Counted from the first letter of the stretch, positions 32,885 to 43,536 are shown. The stretch is DNA of 64,000 bases from Carpediemonas membranifera BICM (GCA_019828565.1 JAHDYR010000040.1:268-64267), one strand, 5' to 3'. Numbers and translations: made by a program. The notes: generated by a model not told the origin, from the sequence alone.

Positions 32885-34093
32885 TTAGCTGTCTTCATGA
32901 ATGTTGTCAGCCTTAGCTAGGTTGACGGCCTTCATTTTCTGCAGCTTCCCGGCGAGCACGCCATCCCGCCACACGCCGTTCGACAAGTTGACGAGCTTGG
33001 TCCTGATCAGCTCCACCGCCTTCGAGTCGCTGAGCCTGAACCTGTTGCCCTCTCCGAGCACGGGCCTGCTCTGCGGGACGTACTTCATAGTGGCGACGTC
33101 CATGGTGTAGAGGGGGTCCTCGGGGTCTGTGTCTTCGTCCTCTGGGGCACGACGGACGACAACATACGCCATCGTCATGTTCGTGCGGATGGTGTTGGTC
33201 GCGAAGGGCATCTCACCGCGGCCGTCCTGGAAAATGACGACCACGTGGTCGTTTCCGATGAACCGCTTCCGCTCGATCTGCTGGGGGTTGCTCTTGCTGT
33301 AGGGGAGCATGTTTGCTACGTGGTACATCACCTTGTGGCCTCTGTGATCGATGAACACAGACTGATCGCCGGTGTATCCCTTGGCTGTGTTCAGCCCGCC
33401 AGCGTAGTCGCCCCAGCCGAGGAGGTCGACTGTATCGCCCAGAGCACCGAGGAAACGGCCGAACTCGGGGGTGATCTCCTGGTTGCTGAACATCTCCTCC
33501 TCCGTGGTCTGGCCTGGGAGCTGAAGCAGAACGCCTACGGTGTGGTGGCGCTGCTTGTCGATCTGGATCGACTCAAAGTGCACGAGCTGGTCGATCACGG
33601 GCTGGGTATGGGGCAGACTGTGCCAGGATGTAGAGGAGAGGTCGATGTCGTTCCAGAAGTCAGAACCGACTGCGGCGCGGAGAATACTGCTGCGTGAGGC
33701 GCCGAGGCAGAAGAGCTTACGCCACCACGGGACCATTACAGCGTCCTCAAGGGCATGGAAGAGCTCCGTGCTGTTTGCATCGCGGAGGAGAACGTTGTAT
33801 TGGTACATGGGAGCGATCTCTTCGTCTGATTCGCTCGAAGAGTCGGCGGGAACGTCGGTGGGGGCTACTCCGAGAGAGATGGACGCAACCAAGGGATTGG
33901 CAATATCATCCTCGAAGTCCTCGAGGTAGGTGATGTAGTTCTTATGGTCATCGGCAAAGTTTAGCTGATATGCACGGGAAACGGCTTCTGGGATGTCGTC
34001 TACAAGGACCTGTGCCTGGATATCTGGGATAACGGCGTCCACGGGGGTGATATCACGCTTCCAGCCATGTTTCAACTCAATAGACGCGCTCAT
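32885..34093 (-). CDS. Rap/Ran-GAP domain protein
   Basis: GQTTEEEMFSN, YAGGLN, VMYHVANMLP, QQIERKRFIGNDHVVVIFQD. Confidence 0.92.
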   Translation of the reverse strand: MSASIELKHGWKRDITPVDAVIPDIQAQVLVDDIPEAVSRAYQLNFADDHKNYITYLEDFEDDIANPLVASISLGVAPTDVPADSSSESDEEIAPMYQYNVLLRDANSTELFHALEDAVMVPWWRKLFCLGASRSSILRAAVGSDFWNDIDLSSTSWHSLPHTQPVIDQLVHFESIQIDKQRHHTVGVLLQLPGQTTEEEMFSNQEITPEFGRFLGALGDTVDLLGWGDYAGGLNTAKGYTGDQSVFIDHRGHKVMYHVANMLPYSKSNPQQIERKRFIGNDHVVVIFQDGRGEMPFATNTIRTNMTMAYVVVRRAPEDEDTDPEDPLYTMDVATMKYVPQSRPVLGEGNRFRLSDSKAVELIRTKLVNLSNGVWRDGVLAGKLQKMKAVNLAKADNIHEDS

Positions 34094-34149
34094 TGGCGTG
34101 AAAATAGTTGTAGTGGAGCGTAAAGTGCACACGGGTTCTAGTCAGTTCT

Positions 34150-34700
34150 TGCCACACAAGCTTGTGGGGGAGAGAGTGCACCGACAGGTCGTCAATGATC
34201 AAGCTTACCCCTCGAGCCGCTTCCATCGCCTTGAGCCAGGTGAGTGGGTGCTCGTCCGCAAGGACGACCCAGTGCCCCGCCTCGCTACCGCATGCACGGC
34301 CCCTTCCGTGTTGAGGCTGTCGCCGAGCGCTACACGTACGAGCTGTACAACCCCGTCACCCGCACGACAGTCATATACACTATGCAGCGATCATAAAATG
34401 CACCCCTGTGAAATGATGGGTTGGCCGATGGTCGACCTGGCCATCCAGGGGTTCGCGAGCTGTACGAGACCTACATGCTTGAGGGCGGAACGATGACGGG
34501 AAGCGCAAGCCATTTGATCTTGTCGACACCGCATGAAACTCAACAGCATCCAGGCGAGAGTAGCCGCTTTGGAAACAAGAATGATAGGCTGATGATATTC
34601 GAGGAAAGCGTCGACAATCGGCACTACTCTTCACGGATCCTCGGATTTATGAGAGCCCCACCGTCATGGCGAGACCACAGCCGCGCAAGTCTACGTATAA
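34150..34700 (+). mobile_element. Degenerate LTR-retrotransposon integrase fragments
   Basis: LEPGEWVLVRK..HGPFRV, GHPGVRELY; approximate bounds. Confidence 0.55.
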
Positions 34701-34708
34701 ACACCAGC

Positions 34709-35446
34709 CTACTGCATCTCGTTGACATACGCTGTGATACGAGCTACTGGAATCTGTCGCACCTTGTCGGCCAGGCTCTGGATCACGGGCTTCAACCAGG
34801 GCAGTCGGTCGCCCCATGACGTCTCCAACGTCAAAGATGTTATCGGGTTGGGTGTCTTGAGCGCGGCGCTGGCCTCCATCGAGAACTCGGTTAGCCCGGA
34901 GTCCGAGAAGTCCACCGCCTTCACCTGGCCGTCACAGTCGGTCACCTCGATGGCAAGGGCCCTCTTCTCGAGTATATTCTTGATCCGAGTGGGCAGGTCG
35001 ACCATGTCATCGATCTCAAGGCGGTGCTTCACGCTGAGCTCGACCTCGGCGTCAACACTGAGGGACGAGAGGGTCACCGAGAGTGGGATGCGGGTCTGCT
35101 TGGAGAGGAGCGTCGGTGCGGTCCCCATAGCCCTGTGCATGAAGGACGAGGCTGGCGTGGCGGCAGGGGCGGCGTTGGACTTGACGAAGCCCGACACACG
35201 GCACCAAGCGTCGCCGCTGTATCTAAGGTGGAATACCGCCTGGAGAGAGTTGAAATCTGCGGCTATAACGTCAACAATGTCTAGTTCTGGCGGCTTATGG
35301 CCCAAATGAAGCTCATCAACTCGGATTGGGCCAGCTATGACGGTAGTGTCCTTTTCAATAAACTCATTGAGCTTGGAAACTATCATTTCATCGACATTCT
35401 GAAGGATAATGTCCTCTATCGCCGCCCAGTTGAACTGAAAGCTCAT
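34709..35446 (-). CDS. MDM34: ERMES SMP-domain subunit Mdm34/Mmm2-like
   Basis: MSFQFNW, LHLGHKPPELDIVDV, FHLRYSGDA, IPLSVTLS, NPITSLTLETSW..LPWL parallel fungal Mdm34 motifs. Confidence 0.75.
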   Translation of the reverse strand: MSFQFNWAAIEDIILQNVDEMIVSKLNEFIEKDTTVIAGPIRVDELHLGHKPPELDIVDVIAADFNSLQAVFHLRYSGDAWCRVSGFVKSNAAPAATPASSFMHRAMGTAPTLLSKQTRIPLSVTLSSLSVDAEVELSVKHRLEIDDMVDLPTRIKNILEKRALAIEVTDCDGQVKAVDFSDSGLTEFSMEASAALKTPNPITSLTLETSWGDRLPWLKPVIQSLADKVRQIPVARITAYVNEMQ

Positions 35447-35479
35447 CTCGTCGCGACAAAGTCAGCGCGGAGTCGTGAC

Positions 35480-35940
35480 TGCGGCGGAGTCGCAGTTACC
35501 TTACCTTACAGGAAACACCCTCGAGTCACTGTTCCGCATATGCGCCGAGCGACGCATACACTTAAGCACAGCTAAGTGTCAGTGACCTACCTCGGTTTCA
35601 TCTATGATGGTGTTTCAAGAAAGGTCACCCCCGCACGCAAACAGGGGATAGTCGACCTCCCAGTACCTCACACGCGAGCGCAAGCTCACTCAGCAATCGG
35701 CGTCTACAACTACTTACGTGACTTCATCCCTGGCTTTGCCACGATCTCGAGACCAATCAACGAGTTCATAACCAGCCAGGAGCGCCAGGCCTCGCCGGAA
35801 GTGCTGTCTGCATTTGAGCAACTGCAGAGCCGGGTAGACACGGCGCTACATGAGTACAACCCCCGCCTGGGTCCCCTGCACGTGTTCACTGACGTCAGAT
35901 CGACCTTCCATGTTGCATCACATCTTCTTGAAGCCGCTTG
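35480..35940 (+). mobile_element. Ty3/Gypsy RT-thumb/connection fragment
   Basis: VTYLGF..AIGVYNYLRDFIPGFATISRPI..LHVFTD. Confidence 0.8.
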
Positions 35941-36307
35941 ACGGGGGAAATGACCAGTCTGTACGCACCCCCTGGTGTGGCTTGACTCGCCATGGACACA
36001 TGCATATCAACTACACAGTGGATTGAACACGTAAAGTGCAAGATTCCCTCGGGATCGGGCTGAAAAAGCAGGCGCCGATGGCAGCATGATGTCAAAGAAA
36101 AAGAAGAAAGAAAATTTTAAGAATCCTGTATTAATACGCCTGTGTAAAATCAGGGAATTACCAGTTTGCACCATCCGTTGTCCCCGGGAACGCCTTAGCG
36201 TGTTGACTTCCCATCTTGAGCGAGCCTGATACTACGTTGGTGCCGTAAGTGCCAGCCGTCAGGGTCCAGTTGGTAAGGCTGGGGGGTCCCTTGTATAGGG
36301 TCGCAAC

Positions 36308-36760
36308 ATGGTGTCATGCGACTTCGAGGATATCGAGGCTGCGATAGGTCGTGCTGTCATGCCCTCGGTTCAGGATACGGCAGTCAAGATCCTGAACCGG
36401 AGCAAGATCCCGATCGTCGACGCTACCCTACCTAACATTCTAATCAACATCTTCTCTGCGGGCCTTGAGCCCAACCAGGAGCGCTGGATGATGGAGTGGG
36501 TGGTGGAGCGTCCGACTCCCGATGCCGCGAGACGAGCAATCACCGCCCACATGCTGACTTTCTCTGGCTGGCGAGACCTCCTCACCGCTGTTCATGAGGA
36601 GGGCCCGAGGTGCAGCGCCAATTCGACCCGGGCAAGGGACACCGGTAGCGACGTGGCAGAGGCAGAGGCTGGTGTCGGGGCGGAGCAACGCCAAGAAGAA
36701 CAATCGTCGTCTGGCTTTCAGACGGAAGCAGGGTCTTTAATGTGTCCGGCGAGGGTCCAA
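36308..36760 (+). mobile_element. Gag-like fragment
   Basis: IFSAGLEP..PTPDAA pattern; antisense, intergenic. Confidence 0.35.
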
Positions 36761-36776
36761 CGACTGCCCTGGCCTC

Positions 36777-37427
36777 TCACTCCGGTACATCAGCGTACTG
36801 TAGCTGCACAACAAACATCTTCTTGTCCGGGTACCACTGCTCGTACGTCCTGCTGTCGTCCAGCTCCCAGTTCGGGACCTTGATGGCGATCGTGTCGTAC
36901 GGCTGGGCGGCGAAGGCGATAAACTGCCAGTTCGAGTCCGGCACCTCGACCTTCTGTTCAAACCACGAGATGGCCCGCCATCGGGGCACAATACCGTCCA
37001 GGATCTCTGGATAGTGCACCTCGACCTTGATCGACGGGCGATTCTGGAGGTCGCGCTGGCGGGTCACCCAATATGAAGGCTGCCCAATGGATGGGACAGT
37101 CCTCTGTGGCTTGGGGCGCACGTACAGAGGCCCGTTGTCGATTGTGTTGCCGGCCTTCATCTTTTCGAACCTCGCGATGTTGACCTTGTGCTTCCGAAGC
37201 TCTCTATGAACAGTGTAATCAGCAATGGTACTGTGAACAGACATGCAGAGCTTGCATTCGTACTGTCCGAACTGGTTCTTCGACACATACGGGTCTTTGG
37301 CCACTTCCTCCTGCAGCGCCTCCTCCATAAGTGCTTTCTTCTCTCTCTGCAGCCGAGCGTTCAGTACGGACTGTGATAGCTGCCCACCGGTACCAATACG
37401 GCTGCCAAAGTCTCGAAAGCCTTGCAT
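36777..37427 (-). CDS. SF3A2: Splicing factor 3A subunit 2 (SF3a66/Prp11)
   Basis: KDPYVSKN..GQYECKLC..H..KH, IGQPSY, YPEI, FEQKVE, FAAQPYDTIAIKVP. Confidence 0.92.
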   Translation of the reverse strand: MQGFRDFGSRIGTGGQLSQSVLNARLQREKKALMEEALQEEVAKDPYVSKNQFGQYECKLCMSVHSTIADYTVHRELRKHKVNIARFEKMKAGNTIDNGPLYVRPKPQRTVPSIGQPSYWVTRQRDLQNRPSIKVEVHYPEILDGIVPRWRAISWFEQKVEVPDSNWQFIAFAAQPYDTIAIKVPNWELDDSRTYEQWYPDKKMFVVQLQYADVPE

Positions 37428-38293
37428 CACTGCACGTCCTGTCTGCTTGTCTTGAGAACGATACATGTGTACATGTAACACGATAAAGACAATGAGTCAC
37501 CTCATGCCGCGCGGAGCACAGTTTTGCTCCGGTTTTTGAAGGTCGGGGCCGACTGGGAGGTCATGGTCTTGCCCTGTGGCCACCGAGCTCCTCGAGACCA
37601 TATGTCGGGCGGACAAGGACACGCCAGCTCCGAACCGACCCATACGCCTCGGGATGACCCCGGGAGCCAGCAAGGCAAACACGGAAGGCGAGTCCCCTTG
37701 GGACGACAGCGGCGGGAGCACCAGCAGCGAAGAGCTTCTCGGAATACACCAACCACTCCCCACACCACCACCCGCGTCACCTGTGCGCCCCTAAATCGTC
37801 ACACCGCAGGCTAGCCCGCGCCCAGCGAGTCAGTCCGCTCCAGTCAGACAACTCAGCGACGTCGCTCGCCGCCTGATTCCAACTGGCACTGACCTCATTG
37901 CGAGGCTGACGCCCACAGCAACCCCACCGCGCTCGACCCGCATCTCAACAGTCAGACTGACTCGTAAGATGGCAGCCGCAGAAGGGACTACCTCGTGTAT
38001 TAATCCCTGTCTTCGGTCTCAAGCGGGCATGAGTCTGAACGACAACAAGGGCGCTGCCGACCTCAAAGCAGCCAAGGCAAGAATCGCCAAGCTGACGACG
38101 ATGATCAAGCAGAGGGACGCGACGATCAGGAAGCTGAGCCAACATGTAAATGCCCGTCAGTATCCTTCTTCTATTCACCCCTCCAGTACCCCCACGACTA
38201 CCGAGATCACACCCACATTTACAAGTTGGACCCACCCTGTGATCAGTTGATCTGGTTTAGGATGCGGTCCACCCTGCAAACCCCGTGGAACGG

Positions 38294-38454
38294 TGTCAGG
38301 AGAACAGGCCATTTGTAGCTCAGTGGTAAGGTGTGCCATGCTAATGGATGCAAGGTGGTCCGATATACATAAACTGCACTGTGACTCACAAAGGGCAACA
38401 GTAGCATAACTGTTGCCCTAACCACTAAGCTATAAATGGCGTGTTCTCCTGACA
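38294..38454. repeat. 161-bp TG..CA element with 38-bp imperfect terminal inverted repeats (LTR- or MITE-like)
   Basis: Arms 38294-38331 and 38417-38454 match 34/38; internal 11-bp hairpin 38392-38419; minus-strand purine tract GGAGGAGAAG abuts it. Confidence 0.8.
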
Positions 38455-39314
38455 CTTCTCCTCCACGCTCCGGTCGTCTACCGGTTGCCTCTATCAGGAC
38501 ATATCTTCGTAGTTACCAGGTAGCAGCTCATGCCAGCCTCACTTTTTCTTTACCTTTGCGCCGATAAATCCACACCGTCACATCGTTAAGACTCCTCAGG
38601 ATTCGAATTACCAGGTGTCCACAGCCTCTGATACGGGTCAGGGCCCAGCACTCCATCCGACTACTCTTTGGTAACGACTGGGCCACCTGTCAGTAGAATA
38701 TTGAGAAGCATTGACGATGAATTTATAAGTGCCAAAAGGCAGCCACAAAGAGGAATGGTGTTATTCGGAGTTCTAGAGTAAGGGAGGTACATAAGGAGGT
38801 CATTGTGAGCTGGAAATATCCGCACGGTTCAACTCAGCGATTGTTCTCGTCTAATCACTCCTCCAGAGTTACAAACGATGTCTTTGTAAGAGAAGCGAGT
38901 CTAGCCTCAGATAGCAAGGTGTGTCTTCACATGATGTTCAGAACCACAGGGTTTCTTCATCTTTCGGCTTATAGACAAACTGTTATTGAGCATGAGATGG
39001 TCAAATCGGTAGTTAGACCGTTATGACAATGGCTTGGAACTGTGTAATAAGATGATAGTTGCTTTCCTTCAGAAGAGATGTCAGAAGTAAGAAATTCCAC
39101 ACAGATTGTTATTACCTATTGTTCAGAACCACAGGATAATCATCTTAGAAAGCAGTGGACGACATACGCAAAGAATTGCTTCGAGACTGATTGCACTTGC
39201 CGGATGGAAAACCGGCTGCTACATAAAATGGTCTAAACTAATTCTGGTCCTCCAAACGACTTTACGCTGCACATAAATGCCCTAATGACCAAGCTACCCC
39301 TCCTTTGATCCTTT

Positions 39315-40448
39315 TCAACCTTCGAAGAACTCTGGCTGGCCGATGTAAATGCGCCACATGACCAGACCGAGGAGCTGGAGGACAGACATCACCGCAAAGT
39401 ACCCAATGGCGATCATAATTCCGCCACCAGTAGCTTTTGTCTGGATAAGTCGGACCCCGACGACGACAACGACCGCAAGCATGCCGACCCATGCCACAGC
39501 AGTCAGGACAGTCAGCAAGGAGGCATCCGTGTCGCCAAACAGTACGCGACCCTTGCTAGGACACTCTAGGATGGCAGCGAAGAGCAGGGGCGGTGCTAGC
39601 AGGGCGAGGATGACTGGTGACTTGGACCATAGGCGGGCAGGGGGCGCCAGGCCGACAAAGGCCACGAGAATGCCGGCAAAGTGGCCAAGAAGGATCCATA
39701 TCCAGGGAATAGTGGCGAGGGTGAGTGGCGCGGCTACGAAGCCGGCGGCACATGCAAGGTCAATGGCGGCATACGTAAAGATGCTGATTCCAACGATAAA
39801 GAGACCCTGGAATACACCGAGGATGCAATCAGTGGGGAAGTGGACGCCAAGCTGGATGCGGGCGATAGCTGTGAGTATGATGAAGGGGACGGAGGCGACA
39901 AAGAGTGGGAGTGAGACGACGAGCCCGAAGATGTTCAAGTTGGTGTGGAGGTACGCACAGACGCCTCCAATGCTGTACACTACGGCGCATGTGACGGCCC
40001 GAGAGGGGATTGAGGAGGTTTCGTCCTTGCGACGACGGAATGCCCTACCCTGCATGTATGGGCGGTCACGCCAGACAAAGCGCTTGGGAATCTGGGAGAC
40101 TATGGCCGTGAATGTGCTTAGGATGAGTGAGTATAGGCCCAGGTCGTCGAGTGCCAGGGCAAATAGGATTGTCGGAATAATGCAGCCGATTTCCACGCAA
40201 GTGAGGAACGTCATCACATAATCGAACACGTGGAAGAACTTGTTGTCCGCGGATTGGGCGTAGCGGAGAAGGGCATCGTCGAACCTGCGCCATTTGTCTT
40301 CAACGGAGCGAGGGAAGTCAAAAACAAATGATGTAGGCTTCTTGCGCTTGAACTTGATGCTAACACCTTCATATGACGTATCCACCAGGCAGTATTTTGC
40401 CTCCAGAGCCTCACCGACAAGCCCCTTGCCTGGTTCAGAGACGGCCAT
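39315..40448 (-). CDS. PAP2-superfamily membrane phosphatase
   Basis: K....RDRP, SIPS, ARIQLGVHFPTD; multiple TM segments. Confidence 0.85.
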   Translation of the reverse strand: MAVSEPGKGLVGEALEAKYCLVDTSYEGVSIKFKRKKPTSFVFDFPRSVEDKWRRFDDALLRYAQSADNKFFHVFDYVMTFLTCVEIGCIIPTILFALALDDLGLYSLILSTFTAIVSQIPKRFVWRDRPYMQGRAFRRRKDETSSIPSRAVTCAVVYSIGGVCAYLHTNLNIFGLVVSLPLFVASVPFIILTAIARIQLGVHFPTDCILGVFQGLFIVGISIFTYAAIDLACAAGFVAAPLTLATIPWIWILLGHFAGILVAFVGLAPPARLWSKSPVILALLAPPLLFAAILECPSKGRVLFGDTDASLLTVLTAVAWVGMLAVVVVVGVRLIQTKATGGGIMIAIGYFAVMSVLQLLGLVMWRIYIGQPEFFEG

Positions 40449-40585
40449 TCGTCATGACTCGCGACGACTTCTCGCCGACTGTAACATGCCAAAATCATGC
40501 CTTTCCGACCCGGTAAACGACCCCGTGCAAGAGACTCACGGCTATATACCCGCTAGTTTAATTTGATCCGCGGCCAGCTGGCTCT

Positions 40586-41107
40586 TCATACAAAGTGCCG
40601 GGCCAACTTGAGCAGACCCCGTATCTTCTGGACAACGGGGTGGGAAACAAGCTCAACTCGCCCATCCATATCAGTTGTTGCGAGAATGGAGAAAAAGACG
40701 GCGAAATGGAGCCCTAGTGCATGCCGGATGGCCTTCTCTTCGTCGGTAAACGACTCATCGCCCTCGGTTGGCTCATGGAGCTTGTTGTGTAGTACTATCC
40801 ACTCCTCGATATGAGGAAAGAATGCAGTGAGGGCTCCCTTCTTCTGCTTGTCTGTCATATCCGCCATCTCATCGTTCTCATCGGAGACAACCTTATCATC
40901 GTCAGATTCGCCAAGATCTGAGTATTCAAGGAAGTCTTCAGGGTTCATAGCGTCCATCTGCTGCTGGCGGATGCGTTTAGCCTCCTGGAACTCGCCAACG
41001 TCCGAGGCATCGTCTTCTTCATCACGAACGTCGCCAACCTGATAGTAGTTGTTCACATTCTTTCCCCAATCGGTTATTTCCTCAGTCTCCGCAATAGGCT
41101 TCCGCAT
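40586..41107 (-). CDS. Sas10/Utp3 N-terminal-half-like protein
   Basis: WGKNVNNYY, EFQEAKRIRQQQMDAMNPEDF, VFFSIL..HPVVQKI. Confidence 0.6.
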   Translation of the reverse strand: MRKPIAETEEITDWGKNVNNYYQVGDVRDEEDDASDVGEFQEAKRIRQQQMDAMNPEDFLEYSDLGESDDDKVVSDENDEMADMTDKQKKGALTAFFPHIEEWIVLHNKLHEPTEGDESFTDEEKAIRHALGLHFAVFFSILATTDMDGRVELVSHPVVQKIRGLLKLARHFV

Positions 41108-41628
41108 TTCCCCCTTCCTTCGGTTGGAACACCTTCCAGGCCGCGTCTATAAACCTTAAAATGCGGAGCTGAGAACAACCCCTCGGGAACTATAGTTGAC
41201 CCTATGTCGCTGCGTGTAGATGTGCCCGGTGCGTCGATGATCGCGTCCCCTCTGTTGTATGCCGCCCTGATGAACTCGTTGTTGAACTCGTCCCGGGCCA
41301 CACTCACGGCCTCCGGGAACTTAGCGCGCACCCTATCGCCCTCCAGGGATACTGCCGGCATGCGAGTGTCTGTGTATGCACTCCGCATCTTGTTCAAAGC
41401 CGTCTTGCGTAGGTTCTTGTCCAGGAGCGACAGGACTGTCTGCAACTTCTGCTCCTCCGTCGTGGGTGTCTCAGTCTGCCCGCCCTCGACGTTCGGCACC
41501 GTGACCATGTCACTGGCGTACCGGTTGATGCGGTAGTGGCCGTGGTCAGCATCCCTCACCGACCCCTCGATGCAAGCCGCGAGGTTGTTCACCTCCTCCA
41601 GTTCCGACTCGAATGCGACACTTGGCAT
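41074..41628 (-). CDS. Hypothetical protein, weakly Lcp5/neuroguidin-like; may extend to about 41848 through a 31-nt intron
   Basis: RKTALNKMRSAYTD..RDEFNNEFIR resembles the Lcp5/NGDN C-terminus. Confidence 0.4.
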   Translation of the reverse strand: MPSVAFESELEEVNNLAACIEGSVRDADHGHYRINRYASDMVTVPNVEGGQTETPTTEEQKLQTVLSLLDKNLRKTALNKMRSAYTDTRMPAVSLEGDRVRAKFPEAVSVARDEFNNEFIRAAYNRGDAIIDAPGTSTRSDIGSTIVPEGLFSAPHFKVYRRGLEGVPTEGRGKCGSLLRRLRK

Positions 41629-41890
41629 GGTCCTCCCGACCCTCGCCGCCTGGCAGCCCGTCTGGAGTTTCGTGATTGTCGGAAGAAGTGGGAACTATTG
41701 TTGACCCAATGCCAACTCGAGAGACATTCGCACGGCGAGCGCTCTCCACCGGCTTCAACGCGGCATCAATGTCCCTCTCTTGGCCAAGCGACATGCTGGC
41801 CAGTTCCATCACATTCACGTCGATGATCGCACCAGAAGGAAGCATCATTTCACACATTTATCACACTGCAACCCATGGCGCTTCTAGCGC

Positions 41891-42016
41891 TTAGGAGGTG
41901 GGCGAGGTCATGTCCGTGTTCTTCTTCTTCGTGACCTTGTTCTTCAGCTTGGTTGCCTTATCCTTTGTCTTGTCCTTAACGCTCTTGAGACGCTCTCCCA
42001 TTGACTTCTTGACCAT
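41891..42016 (-). CDS. 41-aa lysine-rich microprotein (not in ORF track)
   Basis: MVKKSMGERLKSVKDKTKDKATKLKNKVTKKKNTDMTSPTS*; every Lys is AAG, host-like codon bias. Confidence 0.6.
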   Translation of the reverse strand: MVKKSMGERLKSVKDKTKDKATKLKNKVTKKKNTDMTSPTS

Positions 42017-42392
42017 TTTGCCTGCAACTTGTTGTTCTGTCTACCGCATTCGCAGACGTATTCGTGAAGATGAGCTCGTAGTCCTCAAACTGTAGGTGCA
42101 GTTTAAGGTTGTCACGCAGGTTAAGCAGGTAACGTATGTGCTATTGAAGGGTCATGATCGATGCAGTGCTCTCTGTGAAGACAGACGGGGTCTCTGTTGC
42201 TGTGACGGTTTGGGTGGGTCGCGAGAAATACCGTGGCGGTCGGGTGGCTGACCGGCCCACGTACAAAAAGGGTAGCAGCAACAAGCGGGCTCAGCTCGGT
42301 CAGGATGACGCCGAAGCTACTCCTGCCCCGGACATTCAAGCTCTCATGGGCTTCGACCCTGGTGCTCGGTCGCTGGGCGGCTACACGATCCG

Positions 42393-43008
42393 CCTCGTTC
42401 TGCAGCTTCTGGGTGATGTCCATCTCGGGGATGTTGGCCTTGAGGTCGGGTGTGGCGACCCAGACCTCGAGCTCTGTGCCGACTGTGACTGTAACCGAGT
42501 CAGAGACGACGGTGGAGCCGGCAGGGACGCCGAAGTACTCGGGGTTCTGGGCGAGAAGAGGCAGGATCTGCTTGTTGGCGGCAGCGACAGAGTCGCGGAG
42601 GCGGGAGCGGCTGCCGACGAAGATCCCGTTGTGGATCAGGTAGCAGGGGACAAGGAGGGTGCCCACGATCTCGTCGGTGAGCTTGCTCTTGTTGAGGTTG
42701 TACTGGACATACCACTTGACAGTCGTGTCGACATGCATGTCCACTTGGGCGTCGTCGAGATCGGCCAGACCGGTGAGGACGACGGAGGATCCGTCGGTCT
42801 GAAGAGTGGACTTGCCGTCGAAGACGTCGTGGAGGTCGGAGAGGAACGCATCGATGGGAACGAGCGTATCAGTGGCGTTACCGATGACATCGACGCCAAC
42901 GAAGGACACAAAGCGCACAGCGGGGTTTGTTAAGAGAGTACGACGGACGGATGCTTCACCCTTGGTTGGATCTACACAGAAGAGGGACACTTGAGAAAGA
43001 ATCGACAT
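42393..43008 (-). pseudogene. glnA: 3'-truncated bacterial (Firmicutes-type) glutamine synthetase
   Basis: VRFVSFVGVD.GNATD, QTDGSSVVL, VGTLLVPCYLIHNG, GTELEVWVATP; similarity ends at QKLQNE and the frame runs into unrelated sequence. Confidence 0.75.
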
Positions 43009-43188
43009 GTTTGCTTCACTGTCACACAATGACAAGTGATCCGTGGATTTGAAGCTGGCATGCTGGAATCCGGCGGATCTTCCATATCAACAAGATCTGA
43101 ACAAAATCGACAGACTCTAACGTCTGCACCAAGTCCATGTAGCCCAAGGACACGCCCTCGGCCATATAGCACGCAGCGTTCAGCCGAT

Positions 43189-43536
43189 TCACGAATAATT
43201 ACGTGTCAACATAATCGACTCGATCATGGCCCGTTGCATCTCGTAGGTCTCGGCATAGTCCTTAACATACGCCTTCTCCAGGGAATCAGCGAGAGCCACA
43301 AGATGGGCCCGGCATCGGAGGGCTTTTCGAACGGTGTCAACCGAGTCCTTGAGGCTGGTCCGCCACGCCCGCAGTACCTCCATCTGGTTCAAGGCGGCAA
43401 AAACATCCTTGTGAACCATATCGAAGAAGTCGACCGGAGAGCGGCACACCTCCAGATACAGCTCCAGGGCCGCAATAAACATAGCCATGAGACTCGGCTT
43501 CAACTCCCGTAAGAACGCAGTTTTCGTGACTTGCAT
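43189..43536 (-). CDS. Hypothetical helical protein, 115 aa
   Basis: ATG ORF with host-like codons; no family recognised. Confidence 0.4.
   Translation of the reverse strand: MQVTKTAFLRELKPSLMAMFIAALELYLEVCRSPVDFFDMVHKDVFAALNQMEVLRAWRTSLKDSVDTVRKALRCRAHLVALADSLEKAYVKDYAETYEMQRAMIESIMLTRNYS

Noticed and set aside
38309-38380. tRNA gene
   Set aside because: A-box-like start only; no T-arm/B-box or matching acceptor stem; better explained as an arm of the inverted repeat
38934-39146. TGTTCAGAACCACAGG repeated twice about 185 bp apart (CRISPR-like?)
   Set aside because: Only two copies with long spacing, eukaryotic context, no cas genes
40553-40591. 39-nt GTATGA..TAAACTAG intron extending the Sas10-like ORF
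   Set aside because: The spliced product gives no Sas10 C-terminal motifs and runs into the PAP2 gene out of frame
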